NCBI GenBank assembly: GCA_046350735.1
Contig: JAXLZU010000001.1
Location: forward strand, 140,530 to 204,529
DNA length: 64,000 bases
DNA from: Candidatus Saccharimonadota bacterium
GTDB taxonomy: Bacteria; Patescibacteriota; Saccharimonadia; CAILAD01; BJGX01
Direction: 5' to 3'
The translations under genes and the position numbers were made by a program. Below are positions 50,275-60,019 of this stretch, in pieces. The stretch's first letter is position 1. Each line of letters begins with the position of its first letter. A model generated the notes under the pieces. It worked only from the letters and a program-made list of their open reading frames with translations. It had not been told where the DNA came from and did not search any database.

Positions 50275-51048
50275 ATGAATCTCCCCCGTAAAATTATTAT
50301 TGGTAATTGGAAGCTAAACGATACTATCGCTGAGGGTACAGTATTGTTGCAAAAAATTCACCAAGAACTAAAGGGTGTTTCGACTACAACTATTGTAGTT
50401 TGCCCACCTGCCACACACCTCTACCCGCTCCATAGAGAACTAGCTAGCTTTAAGACTGATCCTAAAATTCAGCTTGGGGCTCAGAATATTTCTGACTATG
50501 AGGCAGGGGCACACACCGGAGAAGTTTCTGCTGCTATGATACGTGAGTTAGCCAAATATACTATTGTCGGCCACTCTGAGCGCCGTACTCATTATGGCGA
50601 GAGTGATGATCAAATAACGCGCAAAGTAGCTATCGCTCTCGAGCACGGCTTGCAGCCCATTCTTTGTGTTGGCGAAAACTTAGCACAACGTCACGACGGC
50701 AAAGCCCACCAGGTAGTACTAGACCAATTAAATAGTGATCTTTCTGACGTAACTGCCGATGAGATAAAAAGAATAATAATTGCCTATGAGCCAGTCTGGG
50801 CAATTGGCACCGGTACGTTTGCTAAGCCGGGCGAAATAGAAGATATGTTGCGTCTTATTCGTAACGCACTAGTACAACGGTTTGGACGATTGGCTAGCAC
50901 TGATAGCCGCATTGTATATGGAGGTAGTGTTGATGGCGAAAATGCCAAAGCAATTATGCACTTGCAGGGCTGTGATGGTGTATTGGTAGGGGGTGCCAGT
51001 CTAAAGCCAAAAGAATTTGCAGCAATTGTGCGTGCCGCCCTTAGCTAA
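50275..51048 (+). CDS. tpiA: Triosephosphate isomerase
   Basis: GNWK, GHSERR, AYEPVWAIGTG and LVGGASL motifs. Confidence 0.97.
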   Translation: MNLPRKIIIGNWKLNDTIAEGTVLLQKIHQELKGVSTTTIVVCPPATHLYPLHRELASFKTDPKIQLGAQNISDYEAGAHTGEVSAAMIRELAKYTIVGHSERRTHYGESDDQITRKVAIALEHGLQPILCVGENLAQRHDGKAHQVVLDQLNSDLSDVTADEIKRIIIAYEPVWAIGTGTFAKPGEIEDMLRLIRNALVQRFGRLASTDSRIVYGGSVDGENAKAIMHLQGCDGVLVGGASLKPKEFAAIVRAALS

Positions 51049-51107
51049 ATATAGAAATTACTTCATATAATTGCTATAATGTAGCAGAAATTAACCGGAG
51101 AACATCA

Positions 51108-51626
51108 ATGTCACTCTTAGATATGACTTATGGCGAAAAGGCCCCAAATATTGTAAATACTGTAATAGAAAACTCTAAAGGTAGTAGACTTAAAATTGAA
51201 TTTGATAGAGAACTAGATAATTTTGTATTAGATAGAGTACATCAAACACATCTTGGTAGTCCGTCTGAATATGGCTTTGTGCCTTCTACGCTAGACGAAG
51301 ATGGCGATGCATTAGACGTTTTGCTTATTTCTGACGACCCTATGCCAATGGGTTTAATTGTTCCTACACGGGTAATTGGTGTGATGTATATGATAGACAG
51401 CGGTGAGGTAGATAATAAGTTAGTAGGTGTACCTGCCGATGATAAACATTATGATGATATTCAGACCATTGAAGACGTCAGTGAACACTGGAAGAAAGCT
51501 GTTCAGCACTATTTTGAGCATTATAAAGATCTAAAGGGCGACAAAGTAGAGATTAAAGGCTTTGCAGGTATCGACGAAGCTACCAAGATCTTTAATGAGT
51601 GTGTAGAGCGCTATAATAATAAATAA
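51108..51626 (+). CDS. ppa: Inorganic pyrophosphatase, family I
   Basis: YGFVPSTLDEDGDALDV, DSGEVDNK and FEHYKDL motifs. Confidence 0.95.
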   Translation: MSLLDMTYGEKAPNIVNTVIENSKGSRLKIEFDRELDNFVLDRVHQTHLGSPSEYGFVPSTLDEDGDALDVLLISDDPMPMGLIVPTRVIGVMYMIDSGEVDNKLVGVPADDKHYDDIQTIEDVSEHWKKAVQHYFEHYKDLKGDKVEIKGFAGIDEATKIFNECVERYNNK

Positions 51627-51675
51627 TAATTCGTGCTACAATCTGATAGTCATAATCTAGCCTAAAGGGGTAGAG

Positions 51676-52089
51676 ATGAAGATCTTTGTTTGTTGTAGTA
51701 AAGCGTTTTATCCAAAAGTCTCACCAATCAAACATCAGTTAGAAGCAATGAGACACACCGTAACTTTACCCAATAGTTATGACAATCCGGGTAGAGAAGT
51801 AGAAATGCATAGCTTAGGCGCCAGAGAGCATGCGCAGTGGAAAGCCAGTATGCTTCGCTTGCAAAAGCAAAAAGTAGAAGACTGTGATGTTATCTTGGTA
51901 CTTAACTTTACCAAAAATGGCGTGCCTAACTATATCGGTGGAGCAACTTTTCTGGAGATGTACATGGCTTTTGAGGCTAGTAAACCAATTTTTCTGTACA
52001 ACCAAATTCCCGAAGGGATGCTACGTGATGAAATACTGAGTTTTGAACCAACTGTAATTAATGGCGATCTTCATTTAGTTAGGACCTAG
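51676..52089 (+). CDS. Hypothetical protein, nucleoside 2-deoxyribosyltransferase-like fold
   Basis: CDVILVLN, YIGGATFLEMYMAF and KPIFLYN motifs. Confidence 0.55.
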   Translation: MKIFVCCSKAFYPKVSPIKHQLEAMRHTVTLPNSYDNPGREVEMHSLGAREHAQWKASMLRLQKQKVEDCDVILVLNFTKNGVPNYIGGATFLEMYMAFEASKPIFLYNQIPEGMLRDEILSFEPTVINGDLHLVRT

Positions 52090-52124
52090 AAATCTAGGTT
52101 CTTTTTTTATGTTAGAATGTATCT

Positions 52125-52605
52125 AACCCGCAAGCGTTTCGGGTTCTACGACGGCTTGGCTTTGCCGAACCTCCCTATGTCAACGGAAAAAATAGATCAG
52201 GAACGAAAAGCGGGAGAGAAAAAGCAAACGCTACTCGATGTGCTAGGGCAAAAGTGCTAGACCGACGCCTTTATGGGGGAAGTTTGGCAAACTAAGCCCA
52301 CTGGCCCAGGCGACAAGCCAAAGCGAGAAACAGCACATAGTGTGGGATTAGATACCCCACCAACCAGAGCACGTAGGTACACTTGGTAATGCCGGTACCC
52401 TGCGCCGGACGGGCAAAGTGCCCCATTTTGTACCACCTCCACTGCACGCAGCCGCGGTAAGAGTGGTGTAGGGTAGTGTGATTGCGCCAAGCAGTTGCAT
52501 TGCCAAACCGGAATAGAAGCGCCTTGGCGTGTAAATTCCAACCATCACCGGTGTGGTGGGTAGAGATGTTCACCTTGTCTCTGCCCACCCACCGGGTTTT
52601 TTTAT
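52125..52605 (+). ncRNA. Putative ~480-nt structured RNA with 16S rRNA loop mimics
   Basis: TGnTAGAAT at 52110-18, a long stem 52153-77/52274-98, and a strong terminal hairpin with T-tract at 52547-52605. It is GC-rich and contains GGGATTAGATACCCC and GCAGCCGCGGTAA hairpins. Confidence 0.6.
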
Positions 52606-52655
52606 TCTTCGTGCGCTTTTTGTTCGCCGCTAAATATTCATAGTACAATAGAGTT

Positions 52656-53099
52656 ATGACAAAAAAACTTACTATAAAAGTAAAAAGATTCGATACAACA
52701 CTACCCTTGCCAGAGAGAAAGTCTGACGGTGCAGCCTGTTTAGATCTATCTGCCAGAGTCGACGTAATTATAGAGCCAAAAAGTTTTGGTAAGATACCCC
52801 TTAATGTAGCTGTACAGGTACCAAAGGGGCATTGGGTGATGTTGGCAGCACGCAGCTCGACCCATAAGTTAGGGTTGCTACCTGCTAATGGGATTGGTAT
52901 AGGTGATGAAGACTTTTGTGGTAATGACGATGAGTACCAATTTTTGGCATACAACCCAACAGAACAACCAACTACAGTAGAAAAAGGTACTAGAGTTGCT
53001 CAAATGATGGTATTACCATACGAAATACCAGAGATAGTAGAAGTGGATGAAATGAAATCTGAGAATAGGGGTGGTATTGGGAGTACTGGTACAAAATAA
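52656..53099 (+). CDS. dut: dUTP diphosphatase
   Basis: AACLDL, ARSS, GIGDEDF, RVAQ and RGGIGSTG motifs. Confidence 0.93.
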   Translation: MTKKLTIKVKRFDTTLPLPERKSDGAACLDLSARVDVIIEPKSFGKIPLNVAVQVPKGHWVMLAARSSTHKLGLLPANGIGIGDEDFCGNDDEYQFLAYNPTEQPTTVEKGTRVAQMMVLPYEIPEIVEVDEMKSENRGGIGSTGTK

Positions 53100-55252
53100 T
53101 GAGTAAAATTCTCGACGGCCTTAATGATCAACAGCGTGAGGCTGTGTTGGCAATTGATGGCCCAGTACTAATGTTGGCCGGTGCCGGCTCTGGCAAAACA
53201 AAAACCCTTACTCACCGCTTGGCATATTTAGTGCAAGAAAAAAAAATAAATCCGGCAAATATCTTAGCGGTAACTTTTACTAATAAAGCTGCCGGCGAAA
53301 TGCGTCGACGGGTAGCCAGACTATTACGCTTTGACGATAATAATTCGCAGTATCTACCATTTCTCGGAACATTTCACTCTATTGCTAATCGCATTTTGCG
53401 TCGCGAGGCAGCAGAGATTGGGTATAGTAGTAACTTTCTTATTTACGATACATCAGACAGCCAATCGCTTATTAAGAAGATATTAAAAGATCTTAAGATA
53501 GATGAAAAACAAATTACTCCTAGCGGTATTGCAAATGCTATATCGAGTGCCAAGAACGAGTTGGTAAGCCCTAATGAATATAAGGCATTTGCCACTGGTA
53601 AAATACAAGAAGCAGCTGCTCAGGTATATCCTATTTATCAAAAAGAACTGCTTAAGGCAGGTGCCATGGACTTTGATGATCTTATTATGAAGCTTACAGT
53701 CTTGCTTATCGAAAACGAAACAATTCGTAAAAAATACCAAAAACAATTTGAATATATACTGGTAGATGAGTATCAAGACACCAACCAGGCACAGTATCAG
53801 ATGGTAAAACTCCTAGCTCAGACCCATCATAATATCTGTGTGGTAGGTGATGACTGGCAAAGTATTTATTCTTGGCGTGGGGCTAATTATGAAAATATTT
53901 TAAATTTCGAAAAAGATTATCCCGAGGCTAAGGTTATTAAATTAGAACGTAACTACCGAAGTACCCAAAATATCTTAGACGCAGCACACGCAGTAATTAC
54001 TCGTAATACTTCGCGATCAGAAAAGACTCTTTGGACAGAACAAGGTAGCGGCGAACAAATTCATATTGTTGGTGTACGAGATGAGCTCGATGAAGGTAGG
54101 TTTGTAATTGAAACAATCGGGCAGCTGCAAAAGCAAGATACTCGTCTGGGGCTGCACGACTTTGCAATTTTGTACCGCACGAATGCCCAGTCTCGATCAT
54201 TAGAAGAAGCTTTTTTACGGTATGGTGTTCCATACCAAATTATTGGCGGCGTGCGTTTTTACGAACGTAAAGAGATAAAAGATATCTTGGCATATTTACG
54301 ATTTATCTATCAGCCCAATGATGCTGTTAGTCTAGGACGTATTATTAATGTTCCGGCTAGGGCACTCGGGCAAAAATCTCTCAGTGTGTTTTACGACTAT
54401 GCTGCTAAGTACGAATTGCCATTGCTTGATGCTATGGCACAAGCTGGAGAAATAGAAGGGCTAAGCACGAGGGCTTCGGCTAGTTTGGTAGAATTTGGCG
54501 CCATGATAACAAGTCTTGCCGAGCTGAGCAAAACGGTTCCAGTAAGTGAGTTTATAGATGCAACATTAAAACGAAGTGGCTATTTAGATTATCTTAACGA
54601 TGGTAGTCTGAGCGCCGAAGAACGGGTAGAGAACGTACGAGAGCTTATCTCGGTAGCCAAAGCGTATGACACCACGGGTCTAGACGAGTTCTTGTCAGAG
54701 ATCAGCTTAATTGCCGATGTAGATAGTCTAAAGAATGGAGGTGAAGCAGTAGTAATGATGACCCTGCACTCTGCCAAAGGGTTGGAGTTTAATACTGTCT
54801 TTATCTGCGGAATGGAAGAAGGAATTTTTCCGCATAGCCGTACGTTTTTCGAACCTAGCGAGCTCGAAGAAGAACGCCGCTTATGTTATGTAGGTATGAC
54901 CAGGGCTAAAGAACGTTTGTATTTATTACACGCGCATGGTCGACTACTCTATGGTACTACTCAACATAATGTACCATCTCGGTTCTTAAGTGAGATTCCT
55001 GACAATTTAGTAGTGCACGAAAGCAAAAATACTATTGCAAGCATGCAGTCACAACATGTAGGAGAAAAAGAGCAGCCAAATGACCCTTTTATGGCAGATA
55101 CTCCTACATTAACAACGGGTGATAGGGTAATGCACGAGAGCTGGGGTGAGGGAGAGGTGGTGCACGCAGGTGAATACGAGGTAACTGTGCGTTTTGCGAG
55201 TGTCGGACAAAAAACACTCAACCTTACTTTTGCACCACTGAGGAAGTTATAG
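53099..55252 (+). CDS. pcrA: UvrD/PcrA helicase
   Basis: AGAGSGKT, VDEYQDTN, NYRST, TLHSAKGLEF and EERRLCYV motifs. Confidence 0.96.
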   Translation: MSKILDGLNDQQREAVLAIDGPVLMLAGAGSGKTKTLTHRLAYLVQEKKINPANILAVTFTNKAAGEMRRRVARLLRFDDNNSQYLPFLGTFHSIANRILRREAAEIGYSSNFLIYDTSDSQSLIKKILKDLKIDEKQITPSGIANAISSAKNELVSPNEYKAFATGKIQEAAAQVYPIYQKELLKAGAMDFDDLIMKLTVLLIENETIRKKYQKQFEYILVDEYQDTNQAQYQMVKLLAQTHHNICVVGDDWQSIYSWRGANYENILNFEKDYPEAKVIKLERNYRSTQNILDAAHAVITRNTSRSEKTLWTEQGSGEQIHIVGVRDELDEGRFVIETIGQLQKQDTRLGLHDFAILYRTNAQSRSLEEAFLRYGVPYQIIGGVRFYERKEIKDILAYLRFIYQPNDAVSLGRIINVPARALGQKSLSVFYDYAAKYELPLLDAMAQAGEIEGLSTRASASLVEFGAMITSLAELSKTVPVSEFIDATLKRSGYLDYLNDGSLSAEERVENVRELISVAKAYDTTGLDEFLSEISLIADVDSLKNGGEAVVMMTLHSAKGLEFNTVFICGMEEGIFPHSRTFFEPSELEEERRLCYVGMTRAKERLYLLHAHGRLLYGTTQHNVPSRFLSEIPDNLVVHESKNTIASMQSQHVGEKEQPNDPFMADTPTLTTGDRVMHESWGEGEVVHAGEYEVTVRFASVGQKTLNLTFAPLRKL

Positions 55253-55481
55253 CCCTCTATCTTATTTCGAACACATATCTTGTTCGAGTCAAGATTGACA
55301 AGCCATAAGCATAAAAGATAAAATAGCGCTTAAGGTAAAACAAAAACAAAATCACGAGATAGTTTACTAACAAAGTGAGGCAGTTATTTTACCGAAGTTT
55401 GATAGCGTTTCTCGTAAACGTTTAATACGTAAAAAAAAGAGCAAGGTAGTAAAATCGAAGCCGTATACCTTTAAGCGAGGC

Positions 55482-56597
55482 TTGTTGGTATTTGGGCTTA
55501 TTTTTATGTTTATTATGCTGGTTAGTAATTGGGCTAACAACCAGATTACTGTACCTACCGATCAAAAAGCCTTTGCTGATGGCCAGAACCTAGTAAGTGT
55601 ATACTATGATGGCAATAAGAAGACTGTTGCTACCAACGCCAATACTGTTGGCGAGGCTCTACAGAAGATGGGAGTCACTCTTAATAAAGGGGATGTCGTT
55701 GAGCCGGCTGCTGACCAGCCACTAAGTGAAGCAGTAACCAATATAAATGTTTACCGTGCTTATCCATATGTTATTTATGATGGCAACAAGAAGATTCAGA
55801 CACTCTCTGGCTACCGTAGTCCTCGCAAAATTATTGAGCAAGCTGGCATTACTGTTTATCCAGAAGACGATATTACTACCGATAGAATAGATCAGTTTGA
55901 GAGCGCCGGCTCGGTAGGTGAAAGCATTCATATAGATAGAGCGATGCCTGTAACAGTAGTTCTAGCTGGTAAAACTTTTGAGTTTCGCACTCATAAAGGT
56001 ACCGTTGCAGAACTTTTTACCGAAAAAGGACTCGAAATTAAGCCATCAGACGGGTTAAATACACCTCTTACTACTAAGCTAACACCAGGTATGAAAGTTA
56101 TTGTTCGTCGTCTGGCGCAACATATTATTACCGAGCAACAAGCAATTGATCCTAACGTGCAGTATATTACCGATCAGTCAAAACCGGTTGGTTATAGTCA
56201 GGTACAAGACCCAGGTGCAGCCGGCTCGCAAACTCTTAGTTTCTTAGTGACAGATCAGGACGGTGTAGAACAGAGTAGACAGCTGCTTGATACTAAGGTA
56301 ACTTTGCAGCCACATACCAAAGTTGTGGTTATTGGCCCCTCTACCTTGCATTCTGGTAGTAGTCTAGCAGACGGTTGGGCTAAGTTACGTCAATGCGAAT
56401 CTGGTGGAAATTATGCCAACAAACGTAACCCACTCTATAGAGGTGCTTACCAATTCGATTATTCTACCTGGGGTAATTATGGTGGCTATCACGACCCAGC
56501 CGATGCTCCACCAGCGGTGCAAGATGCCAAAGCCCAAGAAACCTATGCCCGTCGTGGCGCTAGCCCATGGCCTATTTGCGGTCGGTTCCTACGCTAA
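55482..56597 (+). CDS. RpfB-like resuscitation-promoting factor (3x DUF348, G5, Rpf transglycosylase)
   Basis: TVGEALQKMGV-type repeats, a G5-like region, and WAKLRQCESGGNY...GAYQF...STW...PWPICG. The start may be ATT at 55386. Confidence 0.88.
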   Translation: MLVFGLIFMFIMLVSNWANNQITVPTDQKAFADGQNLVSVYYDGNKKTVATNANTVGEALQKMGVTLNKGDVVEPAADQPLSEAVTNINVYRAYPYVIYDGNKKIQTLSGYRSPRKIIEQAGITVYPEDDITTDRIDQFESAGSVGESIHIDRAMPVTVVLAGKTFEFRTHKGTVAELFTEKGLEIKPSDGLNTPLTTKLTPGMKVIVRRLAQHIITEQQAIDPNVQYITDQSKPVGYSQVQDPGAAGSQTLSFLVTDQDGVEQSRQLLDTKVTLQPHTKVVVIGPSTLHSGSSLADGWAKLRQCESGGNYANKRNPLYRGAYQFDYSTWGNYGGYHDPADAPPAVQDAKAQETYARRGASPWPICGRFLR

Positions 56598-56639
56598 TAC
56601 TCCACTACATCACTCTCAACTCCGTGGTACAATCTTTGC

Positions 56640-57431
56640 ATGAAGATAAAAGCTAAAAAATCTCTTGGTCAACACTGGTTGCGCGATAAAGCCACCCTAT
56701 TTGATGTTGTAACAGCGGCAGAGATTACAAAAGATGATACTGTTTTAGAAGTTGGTCCCGGCCTCGGTGCTCTTACCGAAATACTCTGCGAATCTGCAAA
56801 ACAAGTGATAGCTGTAGAGGCGGACTCAGAGCTAATATCGCCACTGAAGGTTCAGTTTTATAATACGCCAAATGTAGAGTTTGTAGAAGCAGACATACTT
56901 ACGTTCGATCTTGGTGTCTTACCGCAAAAGTATAAAGTGGCAGCTAATATACCTTACTATTTAACATCTAACCTTATTCGTATGTTTCTCGAGGCAAATA
57001 ATCCTCCAGAAATTATGGCCTTACTTATTCAAAAAGAAGTAGCTGAGAGGATAATAGCTAAACCCGGACAAATGTCAGTCTTGGCTTTTTCGGTGCAATA
57101 TTATGCCAAAGCTCAAATTACTCGTGCCGTAGGTAAAGAACTTTTTGACCCTCCACCCAAAGTAGAGTCGGCGATACTGCAAATTATTCGTCGAGACAAA
57201 CCAGTATTTAGCGCGGATAGAGAAAAGTTATTTAAGCTGGTAAAGGCAGGTTTTGGTGAGAAACGTAAAATGTTGCGCAACGCATTGGCTGGTGGATTGC
57301 GCCTAGAAACTAGTCAAGTCGAAGAATTGCTGCAAAAATCAGGCCTACCGGCAAACGCACGTGCGCAAGAACTTAGCCTAGATGATTGGCGGCAAATATA
57401 CAATAATGCTTTAGCTTTACAGATTATTTAG
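56640..57431 (+). CDS. rsmA: 16S rRNA dimethyladenosine transferase
   Basis: KKSLGQHWL, EVGPGLG, ANIPYY and PPPKVES motifs. Confidence 0.96.
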   Translation: MKIKAKKSLGQHWLRDKATLFDVVTAAEITKDDTVLEVGPGLGALTEILCESAKQVIAVEADSELISPLKVQFYNTPNVEFVEADILTFDLGVLPQKYKVAANIPYYLTSNLIRMFLEANNPPEIMALLIQKEVAERIIAKPGQMSVLAFSVQYYAKAQITRAVGKELFDPPPKVESAILQIIRRDKPVFSADREKLFKLVKAGFGEKRKMLRNALAGGLRLETSQVEELLQKSGLPANARAQELSLDDWRQIYNNALALQII

Positions 57432-57472
57432 ATAAGGTATAATACTGAAGTTCTATCCATCACAGAGAAAAG

Positions 57473-57958
57473 GTGAATATGGACGACGTTGATGTTTATC
57501 AACTGGTACCTAGACATTTTGCCAATGCGCTACCGGGCGCTTGCTTGCACGATAAGTTGGTTTCGCTATTTTATCAGCTGCTAGGTGAAGTAGATATTGA
57601 AGATATTATATCTACTGTGGTGTGTGATTTCTCTAATCTAGTGGTTGCAGAAATTGGAAGAAATTATAAGGCACTAGGAATAGAATTTGGCGAAATTGTT
57701 GGCGCTGCTACACTGATTGTTATGCTTACTCCTCATGGTAGGGTGGGTTATGTACACGATGTAATTGTCGACGAAAAGTATAGAGGCAAAGGTATTGGCC
57801 GAAAATTGATGCAAGAAATAATTCAGATTGCTCAAGACAATAGTCTAAAGGAGATTAATCTTACCACCAATGCCCCAAAACGACCAAACGCTGAAGCTTT
57901 GTACCTGAGTCTGGGGTTTTGCAAGAAGCCCACCGGCTTTTATGTAATAACTATTTAG
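57473..57958 (+). CDS. GNAT acetyltransferase
   Basis: VHDVIVDEKYRGKGIGRKL and LYLSLGF motifs. Confidence 0.88.
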   Translation: MNMDDVDVYQLVPRHFANALPGACLHDKLVSLFYQLLGEVDIEDIISTVVCDFSNLVVAEIGRNYKALGIEFGEIVGAATLIVMLTPHGRVGYVHDVIVDEKYRGKGIGRKLMQEIIQIAQDNSLKEINLTTNAPKRPNAEALYLSLGFCKKPTGFYVITI

Positions 57959-58030
57959 TACTCACTCCTCAATCATTACCGATTGGGGTTTTTATATATT
58001 TACAGATAAAGCTTATGATAAAATAAACAT

Positions 58031-60019
58031 ATGAATTTAGGCAGCAAATATACACGACATCTTCGAGGTCTAATTGCTGTTATACTAGGCGCATTAATTT
58101 TACTAACGGCTTTTGCACATAGCACACAAGCAAGCAGTGATTTTAGCTATAATGTGGCGGTAAATTATCGCGTTACCAGTGATGCCAATACTCGCGTGCA
58201 AGAGATATATAGCGTTACGAGCCGCAGCGCCAATAAATATCTTTCTAATATTCAGTTATCTACACCTACTGACGATGTACGAAATATTAGTGTGGAATAT
58301 AGTGATGGCAGCAACATTCCATTTAGTACCACCAAAAAGCATACTGAGGTATCGGGCTATCCATATGACTATGTAGAAATAGATATTAATTTTACACGCC
58401 AAACTTCTGGAGTTGGATCTACTTGGAGTTTTGTTGTGAGTTACGACACCTCCAAATTGGTAGAAACAAAGGGCGGGGCACATACTGTCTACGTGCCTGC
58501 AATATCTCAAGACTCTAGCGAAAGTTACTCGGTAAAACTAACTGTGCCAGAAAGTTTTGGCACGCTTCACACCACTGGCCCAAGGCCAATTAGTCAAAGT
58601 AGTAAAAATGGGCAAGTTACTTACGGATTTGATAAAAAAGACCTTATAGATAAATCGCTGGCTTTGGTTTTTGGTGATAGTACAGTCTATAAAGTTAATT
58701 TTAATTTTCCACTCAATAACGATTCACCAATAACACAAACTTTTACCATAGCCTTACCTCCTAATACTTCGGGACAGAAGATTATCTTAAGAGGTCTTAG
58801 CCCTCAACCAAAAAACACCCGCCTAGACGTTGATGGCAATATTCTGGCTGATTACGATGTACCTGCGCATACACATATTGTCGTGCAGACCGATGTACAG
58901 GCAGTTATTCGCTATTTAGAATACGACCTTTCAAAAAGCGGTACTAAGTCACAAATACCCAAAGACCTAGTCGCGCGTTATACTTCGAGCCAACAATATT
59001 GGCCCGCCAATAATGCTCAAATACAAGCCAAAGCCAAAGAGCTTACGGCCGGTAAACCAAAGGTAGCCGACCAAGTATTAGCGATTAATAATTATGTTAT
59101 TGATACGCTTAGTTATAATAACGAAAAAATCAAATATAATATTCGCCAAGGTGGAATAAAGGCTTTGCAAGATCCAAACAATGTAGTGTGTTTGGAATAT
59201 TCCGATTTAACAATTAGTTTACTTAGAGCTGCTGGTATTCCGGCAAGAATGCCGATAGGGTACGGGTATAGTGGCGACCTCAAACAATCTACTGCTGTTA
59301 CAGACTCACTGCATAGTTGGGTGCAGGCGTATGTACCAGAAATAGGCTGGATGAATCTAGACCCTACATGGGGAGAAAAATTTCACAATTTTGGCAGCTC
59401 AGACTTAGACCATGTTGCTTTTGCCATTTGGGGCCAGAGCGATGATAGCCCGGTAGCTGTAACTGCATCTGGAAGAGATACAAATTATCAGTACGAAAAT
59501 ACTACAATTACGTATGAGAGCTTGCCTGCCAATATAGTACTCGATGGCAAACTAAGTGGTAGTAAATGGCAGATATTACCCTTTCTATCGCTGGTAAAAT
59601 ATGATGTGGTGGCACCAACTTCAACCGCTGGAGAAGACTATGTGCTCGAGTCTCGCTCGGGAGCTTCGACATTTACTATTATGTTGGGTAATTTGGCGCC
59701 ACAACAAAAAGCAACATTTTATCGTCCAGAGTTTGGAGTAAGTGCCGCTAAGGCTGAGACTGTAGAGTTTACACAAAATGGTAATACAGCACTCATCTTA
59801 GCAACAGCCCGTCTTGGGGCAACTAACTGGCCAATGTGGATTGTATTGGTTGTTATAGCTAGCCTTATTATCTGGAAACTGGTACAATTAAGAGCCAAAA
59901 AGACAAAACAAACTAGCAGTGATGCACCAAAAGCTATTCCTACACTCACAACAGCGCCAGACGAAAAAGAAGAAGTAAAGAATGAAGAAAACCACCAAAG
60001 TAAACCAAGCAAAAAATAA
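58031..60019 (+). CDS. Membrane-anchored transglutaminase-like protein
   Basis: Signal peptide, triad motifs VCLEYS / LHSWVQ / LDPTWG and a C-terminal TM. Confidence 0.88.
   Translation: MNLGSKYTRHLRGLIAVILGALILLTAFAHSTQASSDFSYNVAVNYRVTSDANTRVQEIYSVTSRSANKYLSNIQLSTPTDDVRNISVEYSDGSNIPFSTTKKHTEVSGYPYDYVEIDINFTRQTSGVGSTWSFVVSYDTSKLVETKGGAHTVYVPAISQDSSESYSVKLTVPESFGTLHTTGPRPISQSSKNGQVTYGFDKKDLIDKSLALVFGDSTVYKVNFNFPLNNDSPITQTFTIALPPNTSGQKIILRGLSPQPKNTRLDVDGNILADYDVPAHTHIVVQTDVQAVIRYLEYDLSKSGTKSQIPKDLVARYTSSQQYWPANNAQIQAKAKELTAGKPKVADQVLAINNYVIDTLSYNNEKIKYNIRQGGIKALQDPNNVVCLEYSDLTISLLRAAGIPARMPIGYGYSGDLKQSTAVTDSLHSWVQAYVPEIGWMNLDPTWGEKFHNFGSSDLDHVAFAIWGQSDDSPVAVTASGRDTNYQYENTTITYESLPANIVLDGKLSGSKWQILPFLSLVKYDVVAPTSTAGEDYVLESRSGASTFTIMLGNLAPQQKATFYRPEFGVSAAKAETVEFTQNGNTALILATARLGATNWPMWIVLVVIASLIIWKLVQLRAKKTKQTSSDAPKAIPTLTTAPDEKEEVKNEENHQSKPSKK

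Noticed and set aside
52125-52605. 16S rRNA fragment, tmRNA or RNase P RNA
   Set aside because: Only the two loop motifs match 16S, and in the wrong order. I found no tRNA-like T-arm and acceptor ends and no GAGGAAAGUCC. An Rfam scan is still needed.
52257-52954. Minus-strand ORFs of 220, 94 and 66 aa
   Set aside because: They are antisense to dut and to the structured region, with no recognisable motifs.
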